DNA of 59,243 nt from Cystobasidiomycetes sp. EMM_F5 (taxonomy: Eukaryota), in assembly GCA_051047955.1 (NCBI GenBank), contig JBPGPT010000040.1:62001-121243 (forward strand), read 5' to 3'. A program made the translations under genes and the position numbers. Under the pieces are notes generated by a model, which was not told the origin of the DNA, did not search any database, and worked only from the letters and a program-made list of their open reading frames with translations. This document shows, piece after piece, positions 12,701 to 24,224 of the stretch; position 1 is the stretch's first letter, and each line of letters starts with the position of its first letter.

Positions 12701-13842
12701 CCCCCAAGCCGTCGTGCAACGTCTAGCGCAGCATCTGCAGAAGTCCGACAACTACGCAAAGCTCCGAAGTCATAGAAACGCAGAGACTACCGCTGCCAAG
12801 GCAGAGCATACTGTAGCTGCAGCTGAGAAAGCGCTCGACAATTTGCAAACGCCTGGCTTCCTCTCAACGCCGAAATCTACGACGCGCATGCGGCAAAAGC
12901 CTGAGCAAAAAGTTTTACCGCATGCCAAAGTGTCTCGAGACGATCGAAGCGACTATTCGGCGCCCTACACCGATCCATGTCTCTCGGGTTGTGAAGGAGA
13001 CTCTTTGTGGCTACCAAGAGATCCCCTCTACGATATCGACCTTGACGATAGCATAGGTATGACTATTGCGCCCTGATCTGTGTAGTCATTAAGCTGAGAC
13101 ATTGGCAGACTGGTTTGGTCGAGCTATTGTGTCATCTGAAGGCGGCGATGGCGCTGTGGGTGAATGGCGACTTGAAGAGCCAGAAACATTTGCGTCAGAG
13201 GGCGGTAGTACTCCACATGGCTCACCTAAAGCACTCGATAGCGCCCTCACCCCTACTCAGTCTCCGCTACGGGTGAACACACGGCCTCATGCGCACTCAT
13301 CAGGATCATTATTCATCCCGCCTCAAACAGCCAAGCCAACAGGCATAGAACGAGTAGAGGTGGCTCCGGATGTTGCTAGGCGCGCCGGGGAAACCTACAC
13401 TCAAGATTTAGCAGAGTCTGAACAGCTGTCTGCCCATGCGGCTGCACGACCGCCCTTGGGTCGATCAGTATCAGAAGCCCCGCCAGCCATGAGACCGCAA
13501 TCAGCTGTAAGCAATGCTACCGACGTGTCTCAAGGTGACCTGCGCCGTACACAATCGGAGCATGTTCTGCATCACTCCGCGTTGGGAGTGCCACCTGTGA
13601 CGGAAACGATGTCGACGGACGCATTGACGCCGACTGGACGCGATCGCAGTGCAACGCGCGGAACGACGGCGTCAGAAAGGATCAAGCAGAGTAGGGCACT
13701 GGCTCATGAAGTGTTAGAAGAGGAACGACAGCAAGCGCTCGAGCGACGCAAAGTGCAGGAACAATTGCTCATGGAGGCATCAAAACCCGAGACATCAACT
13801 TGGTCTGCTTGGCTGCGTCGTCGCAATGACGAGAAGGATTGA
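9709..13842 (+). CDS. OSCA/TMEM63/CSC1 (DUF221) osmo/mechanosensitive cation channel
   Basis: TGLDSAVYVRFV; RLWVHTVLLYW; RTVKVSNIP; TAFVTF; MAPDVRDLDW; TPRAR; long disordered C-terminal tail to TGA 13842. Confidence 0.9.
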
Positions 13843-14070
13843 ATTACAGGCTTGGTGCCAGTGTTGATGTATCTAGCAAATTCTTTCGCATCCGCCACAT
13901 GTAGCATTCATGTAAGCCAATGTCGGCCACCCGCGACGCTTGTAGACGGATATTGAAGTCTGGTGGGCTGTAGGCCACCAACTTGCAAGCCTGCAGTGAT
14001 TGGCTGTATTATCGGTGCGTATGGACATGCATCCTCGGCAAGTCTTTGCATATGGTACATATGAAGAGGT

Positions 14071-16389
14071 TCAAAACAGGCCTGGATGCTCTTGCACGAA
14101 TCCGATACTATTTAATCTATATGCATCAGGCCTGTCGAAACCGGCGCGTCAGGGTGTGTTGTGAAATTTGGGGACCTTCACATACATGACATGGGATCCA
14201 GCAGACGTGAAATTCATGAGATTCCCGTCAAACGTATATGGATCCCAATAAGTTAGATCTGCGACAAAGCATCTATCAGCCATCTGGAGGATCTCTGGAT
14301 CGCAGTTTACACTTACCCACTAATGCTCGCTTCGCGCTCCGGACTGGATTTGGATTAGCATGTCGTGCGAAGTTCAGCCTGCGAGACGGTATTAATGGAT
14401 GACGCAGGGTCTCAAAGTAGATTATACAGACCAGTATTCCATCATTAGCGAAGAAAGGGCTAGCTGAGGAGAGGTAGCACTATCGGGCAAGGTGTAGTCG
14501 CCGTCATTGTAGACGAAAGCCAATTCTGCGCCGTGATTCACTGTTCAAGAGAGAAAGTCAGCATCAGCGATCAACCTCGTTCATACGGTGCCTACCGCCT
14601 AGCCAACTGAATTTCGAATTGAGTGGAATTGTATTTTCCGTAAACTGCATGCATATTAGCATAAAAAAATTCGCATGCCTTCGGAAGACTATCCAGCCCT
14701 ACCAAGTACGCCCAAGAAGGAATATTCTGCGATGTCGCCAGCTGCAGTAGCGTCCGCCGGTGCGCTGCGAAGACAAACTACCAATCAAGTCAGCTGCAAT
14801 CTGACTCTGTCACTAATGATGTCCCAGAAACAGAGACGGCTTACATCGCCATACAGAGCCGCAAGCCGCTTGAATCCAGGTGTCATACCGAAATTGTTGT
14901 CACCCGTGCCGAAGGGAGAACCGGCAGCGGGATTCTCTGGATACATTTCGACAAATTGCCGGATGATTTTTTCGTTGCCGAGCGGAGCCACTTTGAGCAG
15001 GTACTGCACAATGTCGTCGGTAGTGCTCCAGTTACTGGTGATGAAACCAATTCAGAACACTTCTTGTTTTACCGTTAGATGCATGCAGCTTGCCCCTTTG
15101 AGAACGTGGCGAAGATCGTGCCCTCATCAAGGTTGTTGCCGTCAATGAATGGCTGACGCGTCAAGCCAGTAAGTACGGGAGTCGATGGACTGTCAAAGAG
15201 CAATAGCTTACAACTTTAGCCCAATTGCCCGAGGCAATCACGTTTGTGGGAATATCGGAGATCCAACCATCGAGCACAGGACCAAATGCGAAACCACCAG
15301 CTCCCATGTACGTGTTGGTTGCATTCTGTATGCTACCAAAAGCGTATGATAGCAGATCGAGCGGGGCTTGCTGCATACACAAAAAGGTATCGGCTGTTTG
15401 GTCACAGTTTGCATAAGAGATAGCCGCGTTGTATGTTGCCTGGCGTGCCGCAGAGGGTACTGCCGGAAAAGAACCTGGGCTTCCGCTCTCCATTATTGCC
15501 GCACGGAAAAGGCCGTCTGTTGGGCGCAGTAGGTGCCATCCTACAGAGATGGATCCTGCAGATTCTCCGAAAATCGTAACCTGGGAAGGATCACCTCCGA
15601 AAGCTGCGATATTGTCGTGAACCCATTGCATAGCCAGTCTCTGGTCTATATTGAATTCATTTCAGCATTCCCCGCTCGAAAGGGCAGCAATGTGCTCTTA
15701 CCGTATAGACCCGCGTTCACTGCACCGTTTGCAGCTGCCTCTTTTCCAGTCAAAAAGCCCCATATTCCGGTCCGGTAATTGATGCTAACATATATAACGG
15801 GCTGCGACTGCAGTCGTCATGCGTCAGCCAGACAACAGCTTTCGCGTACGGATAGGACACCCACGGAACCTAACATGGATTGTGCTATAAGCTGACTCGG
15901 GTCGTAGCCTTTGGTATATCCGGAGAAGAAGCCACCACCGTCTTGATCGGACATGTCAACTGGATCAGCGTCACAGAAACTGCCTTCGACTACTTCTTAC
16001 GCACATATCCACAGCATCACTGGTAATTTGGCGCTTGAGTTAATACCGGCAGGCCGAAAGATGTTGAGCGACAAGCAGTCTTCACTGATGGGACCCGGAA
16101 TGGGATCCCCAAAGACACTGCGAATCTGCATGCACTTGTTCCCGTAAGCGGTTGCGTTGATTGTGGTTGGAATCGATGGCACGGGTAAGGGTTGTGTAGG
16201 TTTAAAGCGAAGGTTTGCCACTGGCGGAACGCCGTAGGGAATGCCGAGGAAGGCTTCCTGAGAACCATCTGCTGTACTAACTATGCCGTCGTAGGTGATG
16301 GCTCCATTTGTTACAAATGGCGAAGAAGCTGTCGCCAGAGAGGTCAAGTGAGCCAGCAGCGTTAGCAGCAATACTGTACAGCGAGTCAT
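14071..16389 (-). CDS. Secreted type-B carboxylesterase/lipase
   Basis: Signal peptide [70 protein letters not shown] nucleophile motif; spliced C-terminus ...[10 protein letters not shown]. Confidence 0.92.
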
Positions 16390-17114
16390 TTCGGCAGAGG
16401 CGGCACAGTAGAGGCTGATGTGATGTGCTGTGAGAGGAATCGAATGATGGGCAGAAGTCAGTTCGCAAGCCGTCTGTGCTGATCGACCATGCTGCAACGC
16501 AAGGACGAATACTCAGTACAATCTGTTTTGATAAATGTGTAGGCAGACATTCGGCAATCGTTTGTTGTCTGTTTATCGAAGTTAAGTTTATAGGGTTCTC
16601 ATGGTTCAGACTGGAATGTTGGGTCCGGCTCGGTGGTTCGGGAATGCTTTTTCTTCCGCTGTCCTGCAGGCATGCTGTCGTTGCATTGCGAGCGAGACCT
16701 GCTGCGTGGCCCACTTAACACGTCGACGCGTACACTACTCTCCAGCAAACATGTCCGATGACGATGTTTTCCCCGTCTGCAACCAACAGGGCAGTGCCGC
16801 GATGCTGCAGCTGCAGGGAGAGCCCAGTAGGATTAGGGAAGGTGCCGAGAGGCTCGAGCAGCCGATTAATGCTGTGCACGTCGAGAGCGCGAGTGATGGA
16901 GCGGGTCAGCATTTGGGCGACGGGGATACGCAGAGAGCGGGCAATTTGATTCCGTGACCCACTGTGCCTAGGCACCGTTCAGCGGGGAGAAGCCAGCTCT
17001 AACGGGAAGCGGAACTAGGAACATCTGTCCAGCGGGAAGAAGCTGTTTGCTTTACGACACGCAACTTGTCTTGCTGTCGCTTCGCGGTTGAGAGCAACCC
17101 ATTGAATGCAAATC

Positions 17115-19239
17115 ATGAAGGCCGCAAAGACGGCGGCAATACTCGCTTTCTTGGGCTTTACTGCAACTGCTTCAGCTCAGAAAGTTCCCCCACCGGCAGA
17201 CCACAACGCTCTAGCAGCCTACTTCATCTATCTTGTGAGCTCAAAAGCCAAGCTGTTTGCATGCCGGCTGTTCCTACTAATCTTTGATTCATTGTCCAGG
17301 ATGTGTACGTCGTCGTGCACAGCTTTCGACCGTCTCGCATTCGCTGAAGCTGAGCTCTCCCCAGCGATTATGTCTCGTTTCCAAATGGCACCAACAACTC
17401 TGCAATCTGCCCGTCTGTGCGAGCTATTCGGTCAAAGTGCTATGCGGAAGGTGTTGCCAAGAATCTCTATGCCGCCGAGCAGCAGTGCCTGTGTTCTCAA
17501 GATACAGCTTACAATGTAGTGCAATGCTTCGCCGAGCAGTACTCGCAAATGCCATCAGGTCCGGACAGGGACAACGTACGTCGTTGCCCCGCACACATTG
17601 GTTCAGGAGGCTGATCTGTCTATGCGTATACGATCTCTTCATCTTTTAGTACTACACTCAATTCCTGGCATATACTTACGATTGCTTCTGCGGTGTCACC
17701 GGATATGTTGGTTGATCTGCTCTGTGTTTGAAACAGCAGACAAGCTAACACTAGCGGATACAGGATGTCACGTACAATGTCTCCATGAATCCTCCTCAGC
17801 CATTCATCACTGGGTTCACTGGTGATCCAATAGTGCCCCCGACAGCTGGATGCGTCAAACAACAGACTTTGCCACAACCGTGCCCGCAACCTCCAAACAA
17901 CGTTCCCCCACCCCCGCCGCCTCCGCCTCCTCCGTGCCCTGCAGGCTACCAGCGATGTAATGGAGCTTGCGTCCAAGTGTGCCCGCCTGTCAAGGTTTGC
18001 CCTTACCCACAAAAGCTGGACAAGTCGGGCAATTGCTACTGCCCTTGGCCGCTCAGAACGGACAGCCAAGGTCGATGCTACACGCCAAACTTCTGTGCCG
18101 ATCTTCAGGATCAGTCTCATGCACAGTCTATCATCGGATGTCAGGGTGGATAGTGAGTCGCATGTAACGAGGAGTGTCATGTACCAAAAGTTGACTGTAC
18201 ATTCGCTTTTGCTAGCTGTACCTGCGCAGCCGGATACGAATTCTATCCACCGGGCGTATACTACAAGAACGCACAAGCATGCTGCCAGATCTGCCCGAAA
18301 GGCTACAGGCGAACTGGCAAGTGCACATGTGCACCCTTCTGCACAGCACCGCGAATCGTCGACTACAACGGCAATTGTATTTGCCCTACTGACTACGGCT
18401 ACGTGGAAGTCAACGGTGTCTGCGCTCTCAAAGCTTGCCCTACTAACCAGGAGGTAAGGGCGTCTTGGCGTCCGAAGATGGGATATCATACTGATGCCAA
18501 GAATTTCGCGAAAACAGCGAAATTACTACGGTCAATGCCGATGTAATTTCCCCAATTATATCGATTCCCGCAATGGTAATTGTGTCAGGCCGGGCTGCGG
18601 TGGCTATAACCCAGTCTGCTATCCGAATGCCCAGTTCTTGGCTGTCACTGCCAATTCTACACTCGTGAGATTTCGGCTCCTGTCGACTGCTGCTGTTTGC
18701 TGACGCTGACGTTGCCTGCTCAGACGGTCTCGACTGTGACACCCAATTATACTTCTCCAACGGTGAATACAGACTACGCTACCGGACAATATACCAACAC
18801 GCAGACTGCTACACTCGATACTGCCGCTCCACCAATCTTCACGACTCCGGCTGCCAATGTGACCATTCCGGCAGACGTAAATACCACAAACTTGACGACC
18901 TCCACATCGATGATGTCAGCATCTTCAATGGCCATGAACATAACTACTACTATTCGCGTAAATTCGACCTCAACTGCACCCGCATTGGGTTCGTCTTCGT
19001 CTTCGGGCCTGATACCTCCAACATTGGGTTCCTCATCCCGGGCGTCGCAATCGTCACAGACCGTAGCTCCACCTGTGGTATCTTCGAGCGCAGCTCCAGT
19101 CTCCACCCCTTCAGTCGTAGTCGCTACCTCTGCTGCTCCAGCTACTTCCGCTGCCGCTCCGCCTGCATCGTCCAATCCCGTCGTTCGCTCCTCTGCAGGA
19201 CCGGTCGTCAGAGTTCGAGGCACTTGGAACAGATGGTAA
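17115..19239 (+). CDS. Secreted cysteine-rich protein with poly-Pro linker and Ser/Thr-rich tail
   Basis: Signal peptide MKAAKTAAILAFLGFTATASA; many CxC and GNC/GQC repeats across exons; poly-Pro run; mucin-like S/T/A/P tail; probable 5-nt micro-exon at 17300-17304. Confidence 0.8.
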
Positions 19240-19536
19240 TCAGAAAGATGAGAAAAATCAAAACGAATGGTGTCAGGAACGTCTAATGGACAATGTTAAA
19301 AGGGTATATGATCAGAATTCCAAAGAATGCCTTCGAATGGCCAGAAAACAGAATCTAAATATTTCGCCGTGGTTCACATGCTTTCTAATCTATTATAATT
19401 GCTATTGGGTTCCCGTAGACGTTGTAGCAAAGCTCAGAGTCAAACATAAGTTCGTGCGACGTCACGTCAATTCCAGGTCGGGCGAAGCGGACCTCAATGC
19501 ACAACTCAACGTTATAGTAACACTGAGCGTCTGCTT

Positions 19537-22456
19537 TCAGAAGCTCGTGAACAACGACTCATATGGATCTATACTCTCTTTGACTGGATGTCCTTGTGCC
19601 CGAGCCAGACCTGGCAAACTCTCAATCGGAATACTGGGGTATCGCTCGAAATTCTGACTATCGCCAGTGCTTTTGATGCGAGGTATTATAGGCGCGGGAA
19701 TCAGTCGGCGCTCGACTGCAAGCCAGTCAACACCCTCAAACCATTTGTGGTTGCGTACATCCAGCGCGCCGTTGCGCAGATTGCCCAGGCGTTTCGAACG
19801 ATCGGCAGATAACAACCGCCTGATGAGATCGCGTGCTACCGGATCAACGTGAGGAGGGAAAGCAAACGTGCCCGCCAATATCTTCTCATAAATTCCCCAT
19901 GGTGATTCATCGAAGAATGGGGGCTGTGTGGCGGAGCGTTAGCACTCTCATACATACGCAGCAACTCTTCAAAGCTTACATAGCCGCAAAGCATTTCGAA
20001 AAGTAGGACGCCGAATGCCCACCAGTCTGCTGCCTTTCCATGGCCTGCAGAATTGATGATTTCCGGAGCCAAATATTCAGGCGTCCCACACAAAGTAAAC
20101 GTTCTATCAGGGACGTATTTTGCAAAGCCAAAATCTGTCACTTTGAGATAGCCCTGGTGATCCAGCAAGAGGTTCTCGGGCTTGAGGTCGCGGTAGATGA
20201 GGTTCCGATTGTGCAAGTACTCGAGGACAAGGATGATGTTGGCAGCGTAGAAGCGGGAAACGTCGGCGGAAAAGCGGACTGCCCTTCTGAGGTGTGAGAA
20301 TAGTTCACCTCCTTGAACGAATTCAAGCAGCATATAGATATTCAGACTATCTTGAAAGGTGCAAAACAGATTGACTATGCCAGGATGCTCGACGGCTCCC
20401 AAGATTGACCTTTCGCAATTGATATGCTCGACTTGTTTCAGCCGAACTACTTCTGATTTGGTGAGTACCTTCATTGCGAAATAGTGCGACATTCCAGAGG
20501 GGAACTGTGACAAGGCATTGAAGCCTCCTACAGACTTCGGGGCGAGCCTGACCAGCAAGACTCGCCCAAAGGTGCCTGTTCCTAGTGTATCAAGCATTTC
20601 GAAATCGCCCAACTCCAGGCCAAAATCCGAGCCTTTTCTCGATTGCGCCATGATTTCATCGACTATGCTCTGATAATCGCCGTATTGTGTCGGAGGGGGT
20701 TGCTGAGTTTGACCCTGATACGGTCGAGGCGGAGCTTCATGACCTCGCGATGCTTGCGGTACATGACCATACATAGGATCGTGCACAATTGGCGACGCCA
20801 TGCTTGTGGCATTGACGCTCTGAGGCGGAGCGTATTGGCCCGCTGTGTACGTATGAACATTTCCTGGCGGAGCATGGCCTATTCCAGGAGAGCCAGCTGG
20901 TTGTGCATACGTAGCCACGCCGGCTGATTGTTGAGCCTGATATGCATACTGATGCGGTTGGCTATATTGAGCCACTTGTGGCACAGAAGGACTAGATAAC
21001 ACATTCGCAGATGACCACTGATGCTTATTGGTGCTGGGTGACATTGTCATGTCTGCCATCATGCCGGCATACGGTGACATAGATGGCCCGGCAGTAGGAC
21101 CTGTAGACGATGCAAGGCTGGTGTTTGCAGTGGAATACATTGGTGTTTCTGGTGGCATATCGTCGGACCTCCGGCCATCACTAGCGTAGGGCGACATCGA
21201 GTTGCCAGAGTGATATGATGACCCGCCAATGGACGAATGACCGGCTATGGAGCGACGAAGTCCACTTATCTGGGGCGGAGGTTGGCTGTACCCAGGTGCA
21301 GCTGTTGGTTGTGTATAATTGGCGGGACCTGCATTCAGAGCAGCGACCGGGGAGTATCCACCGGGTCCGCCCTGTACTGGTTGAGACGACAATTGAGGGG
21401 ATGCAGCAAAATTCAAGTATGCCAAAGTTGGCGAGCTGAGGGTGCCGCTCGTTTGATACGGTTGGTTTGATGAATGTGTGCCTGAGGTCTGGGCAAACGC
21501 TGTGACATCAGGGTGATAAGCGTGGGAGAGGGCAGATTTCGGAGACGTTTTAGGTGTCGAGCGTGCGACTGCTGAAGGAGGCGAATGCAGCTGCTGTTGA
21601 TGCTGATGCTGCTGCTGCTGCTGCTGCTGCTGGTGATGATGCACGTGATGCCCTGGCAACTGTGATTGCGCTGAGGCCGACAGTGGAGGTTGTGGGACGG
21701 CACCACTTCGCTTCATTGGGCTGGCATTGTCGCTCGAATGCATAGAACTGGCCATCGTACCATTGTAGCTTGACGTCGTCGAGTCTGCAGGACTGAAGAT
21801 GCGCGAGGATACTCCAGAGTCGCCCGACCTAGCCGAGGACAAGGTGCCGATAGCGCTGGACGGGGGAGACTGACGGTCGGCTGCGGCGTTCAAGGCAGCA
21901 GCAACATTATCGGTAGCAGATTGCAGTGGTGCGGGTGCAGTGAAAGGGTCATCAGAGCCGTAGGAAACCAATCCAGCTGCTCCAGACCTGATCGGTCCTG
22001 CAGAACCTAATATTCCGGAGTTAACTGCGGGACTCTGCAAAAGATAAAGCAGTGCTCGCAATCCAACTCACTCGGAGACCCAGCATTACTACTGCTCTCA
22101 TTCTCCATGAGCGATGGCTGAAGGGTGAACGAGCTGGCCGCTGCTGCTGCCATGGCTGCGCTCGCGAGGCCGTCCAGGCTCTTGTGACGGCTATGTGCAG
22201 CAGCTAATCTCTGTACATTCATATTGCTAGTCCCCGCTACACCTCTACTGGAACCGCTGGGAAAGAATTGCGGAGTCTCGCGCATGCTCGGAGAGCTGGC
22301 AGTCTTGCTCGGGCTGGCTGCGCCATGCTGGGCTGTGATTGTCGCAGGAGATCTCGGGCGTTTGCCCGGCGAGACGTGCACGCTGGTCGCTGCGGCTGCC
22401 TTGTTGTTGATACTGTTGCTTGTTGACGATGATGGCGTAGACATTATTGCTGCCAT
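19537..22456 (-). CDS. AGC kinase, cAMP-dependent protein kinase catalytic-subunit-like (PrkX/second fungal PKA type) with long low-complexity N-terminus
   Basis: [63 protein letters not shown]; terminal FxxF motif (FTSF*). Confidence 0.93.
21591..21650 (-). repeat. CAG microsatellite encoding a His/Gln tract in the kinase N-terminus
   Basis: (CTG)8 at 21609-21632 on the + strand inside [20 protein letters not shown]. Confidence 0.9.
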
Positions 22457-23309
22457 TTCTCCTATGAAGTCTGGTGATGTTTTGCGATAGATTGCGGCCG
22501 TTCCGTCGGGCGCACGCCTCGTATGCGTCGACAGACGAGCAAAGACCCAAGCTGCTTGGACACGGATGGGCTTCTTTGTTCAGAGGTGTCCAGCTCAATG
22601 TGCCATACTCTGGAATGACGGATGGCTCCCAAACGATGCTAGTCCAGCTCCCTGATGCCCTTCTCTGTTTGTCGCCGGGAACGCTTTGGCGCAATACTAC
22701 GCCTCGTCGGCACCAAACCAACAACCTTCGTATGACGATGCCAGCGTAGCAAAAATCAGATTTGGACTTGGATTCGCAGCAGCACCAACGTCTACAAACT
22801 CGCTGCCAGGTGGTAACTAGTGATTCTTTGGGCATGAAATTAATATTGCCCCACGACAACACTGGCTGTCAAAACAACTGCTTCCGCAGCTGACGCATAC
22901 CCGCGAGTCTCTGGGGATGACTCTACGTACCACAGCAGATTCTGCATGAACAGACCTTCTCCGCACACGTCCTTTACGCGAACAAAAGGGCCACTTTACT
23001 CCGCTATTGTTGAGACAGCCTCCGACACGCGTAAAGAGGGAGAATGCAAGCACGTGACGCGAGGGCTGTCGGAACGCTCAAGCTGGATGCGTGCTGCTGC
23101 ACCTTAACGATACTGATGGCACAACTCCGACAGTCTTCGCAACGGATGCAGCTGTGCTTGATCCTCCACGTGTATCGCATTGTCTGGTCTCGAAGAAAGC
23201 CAGATGTTCTCGGGTACTGGCCGGATGTCTTCAAGTAGCATGTAAGCCGCTTGGAAACCCGAGATGTGTACTTGGTCATCGAGTTACGCATGCGAGAGGG
23301 GCACCGGTG

Positions 23310-24054
23310 TCAATAATTTCCATGTTGATCCGGCTGTACACGTTGATCTAGTCGGCCCTCACTGTATTAGACGACATCAGAACAGCCCTAGAAATGTAGA
23401 AGCAGCACTGCGCCTGAAGCTTGACATACTCTGCCATCAAGTCCTCCAACTCTCTGAGGCTCTCTTGAAGATCGCGTTGCCGTTGCTCTTCGACACGAGG
23501 GTCTCGAATGGCGCTGGGCAGTGGGGCGAGCGAGATCAGCTGTAGACAGTGTGTACCCTTCACTCCCCGGTGTACTCACCGATTATCTATCCTAGCATCT
23601 TCGCTCTCCGTCACCAGCATTGCTTGCGGCTCTTTAGCTTCGATGACCTGTTGCGCACGAAAGAAGTCAATGCGGGTCATGCTATAGACGATCAAGCGGA
23701 CATAGTGGTTGTCGCAGTGAGGGCAGTACTCGTCGCTGTCTTCGTAGATCGACATGTCCTTGCGAAACGTCTTGCGACATTTTTTGCACGCAAAGACCAT
23801 GTCCGTCGTCTTTTTGAGCGGATGTGACGAAGTCTCTGCATGGCATTGTGGACACTGTGAGCGAGTGACCATCACTCTTCATCAGTAGCGGCCAAGCCAG
23901 CTGTGCTGCTGGCAGTACCCACATCAAACCACTTCTGACAACACGGAGCGCGTATGGACGCCTGCGCGTTCAAAATATGTTTGCTGGAGATGTAGTCGTC
24001 TCATGGCTCAGCCATATGCAGATACCCGAGTACCATTGGTCCTGCCTACCACAT
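23310..24054 (-). CDS. CHY-type zinc-finger protein
   Basis: Spliced MC|KHILNAQASIRAPCCQKWFD|CPQCHAETSSHPLKKTTDMVFACKKCRKTFRKD...EYCPHCDNHY|VIEA; first coding exon is the 5 nt ATGTG. Confidence 0.88.
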
Positions 24055-24224
24055 GGCAGTGTCCCGAGATCTTGATGGTGGTAGACAAGCAGGTTGAGCG
24101 CGACGAAGGAGGTTCCGTTGCTCGAACCAAAAGTAACTCAATTACGAAGGACTAAATGTCTACGCAGTTGTTCACTATCGTACTGTCTGTTGGCTCTAGC
24201 TGGAACACTATGCAGTTGATGAAT

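Noticed and set aside
17620..18489. 289-aa antisense ORF over the Cys-rich gene, and similar shadow ORFs such as 24823-25371 and 18774-19223
   Set aside because: Explained as alternative-frame shadows of biased or low-complexity coding sequence. Splice signals and motifs support the annotated frames.
22460..23300. ORFs upstream of the kinase (for example 22245-22862 on the - strand)
   Set aside because: No recognisable motifs and non-protein-like composition. More likely promoter or 5' UTR, although uORFs cannot be excluded.
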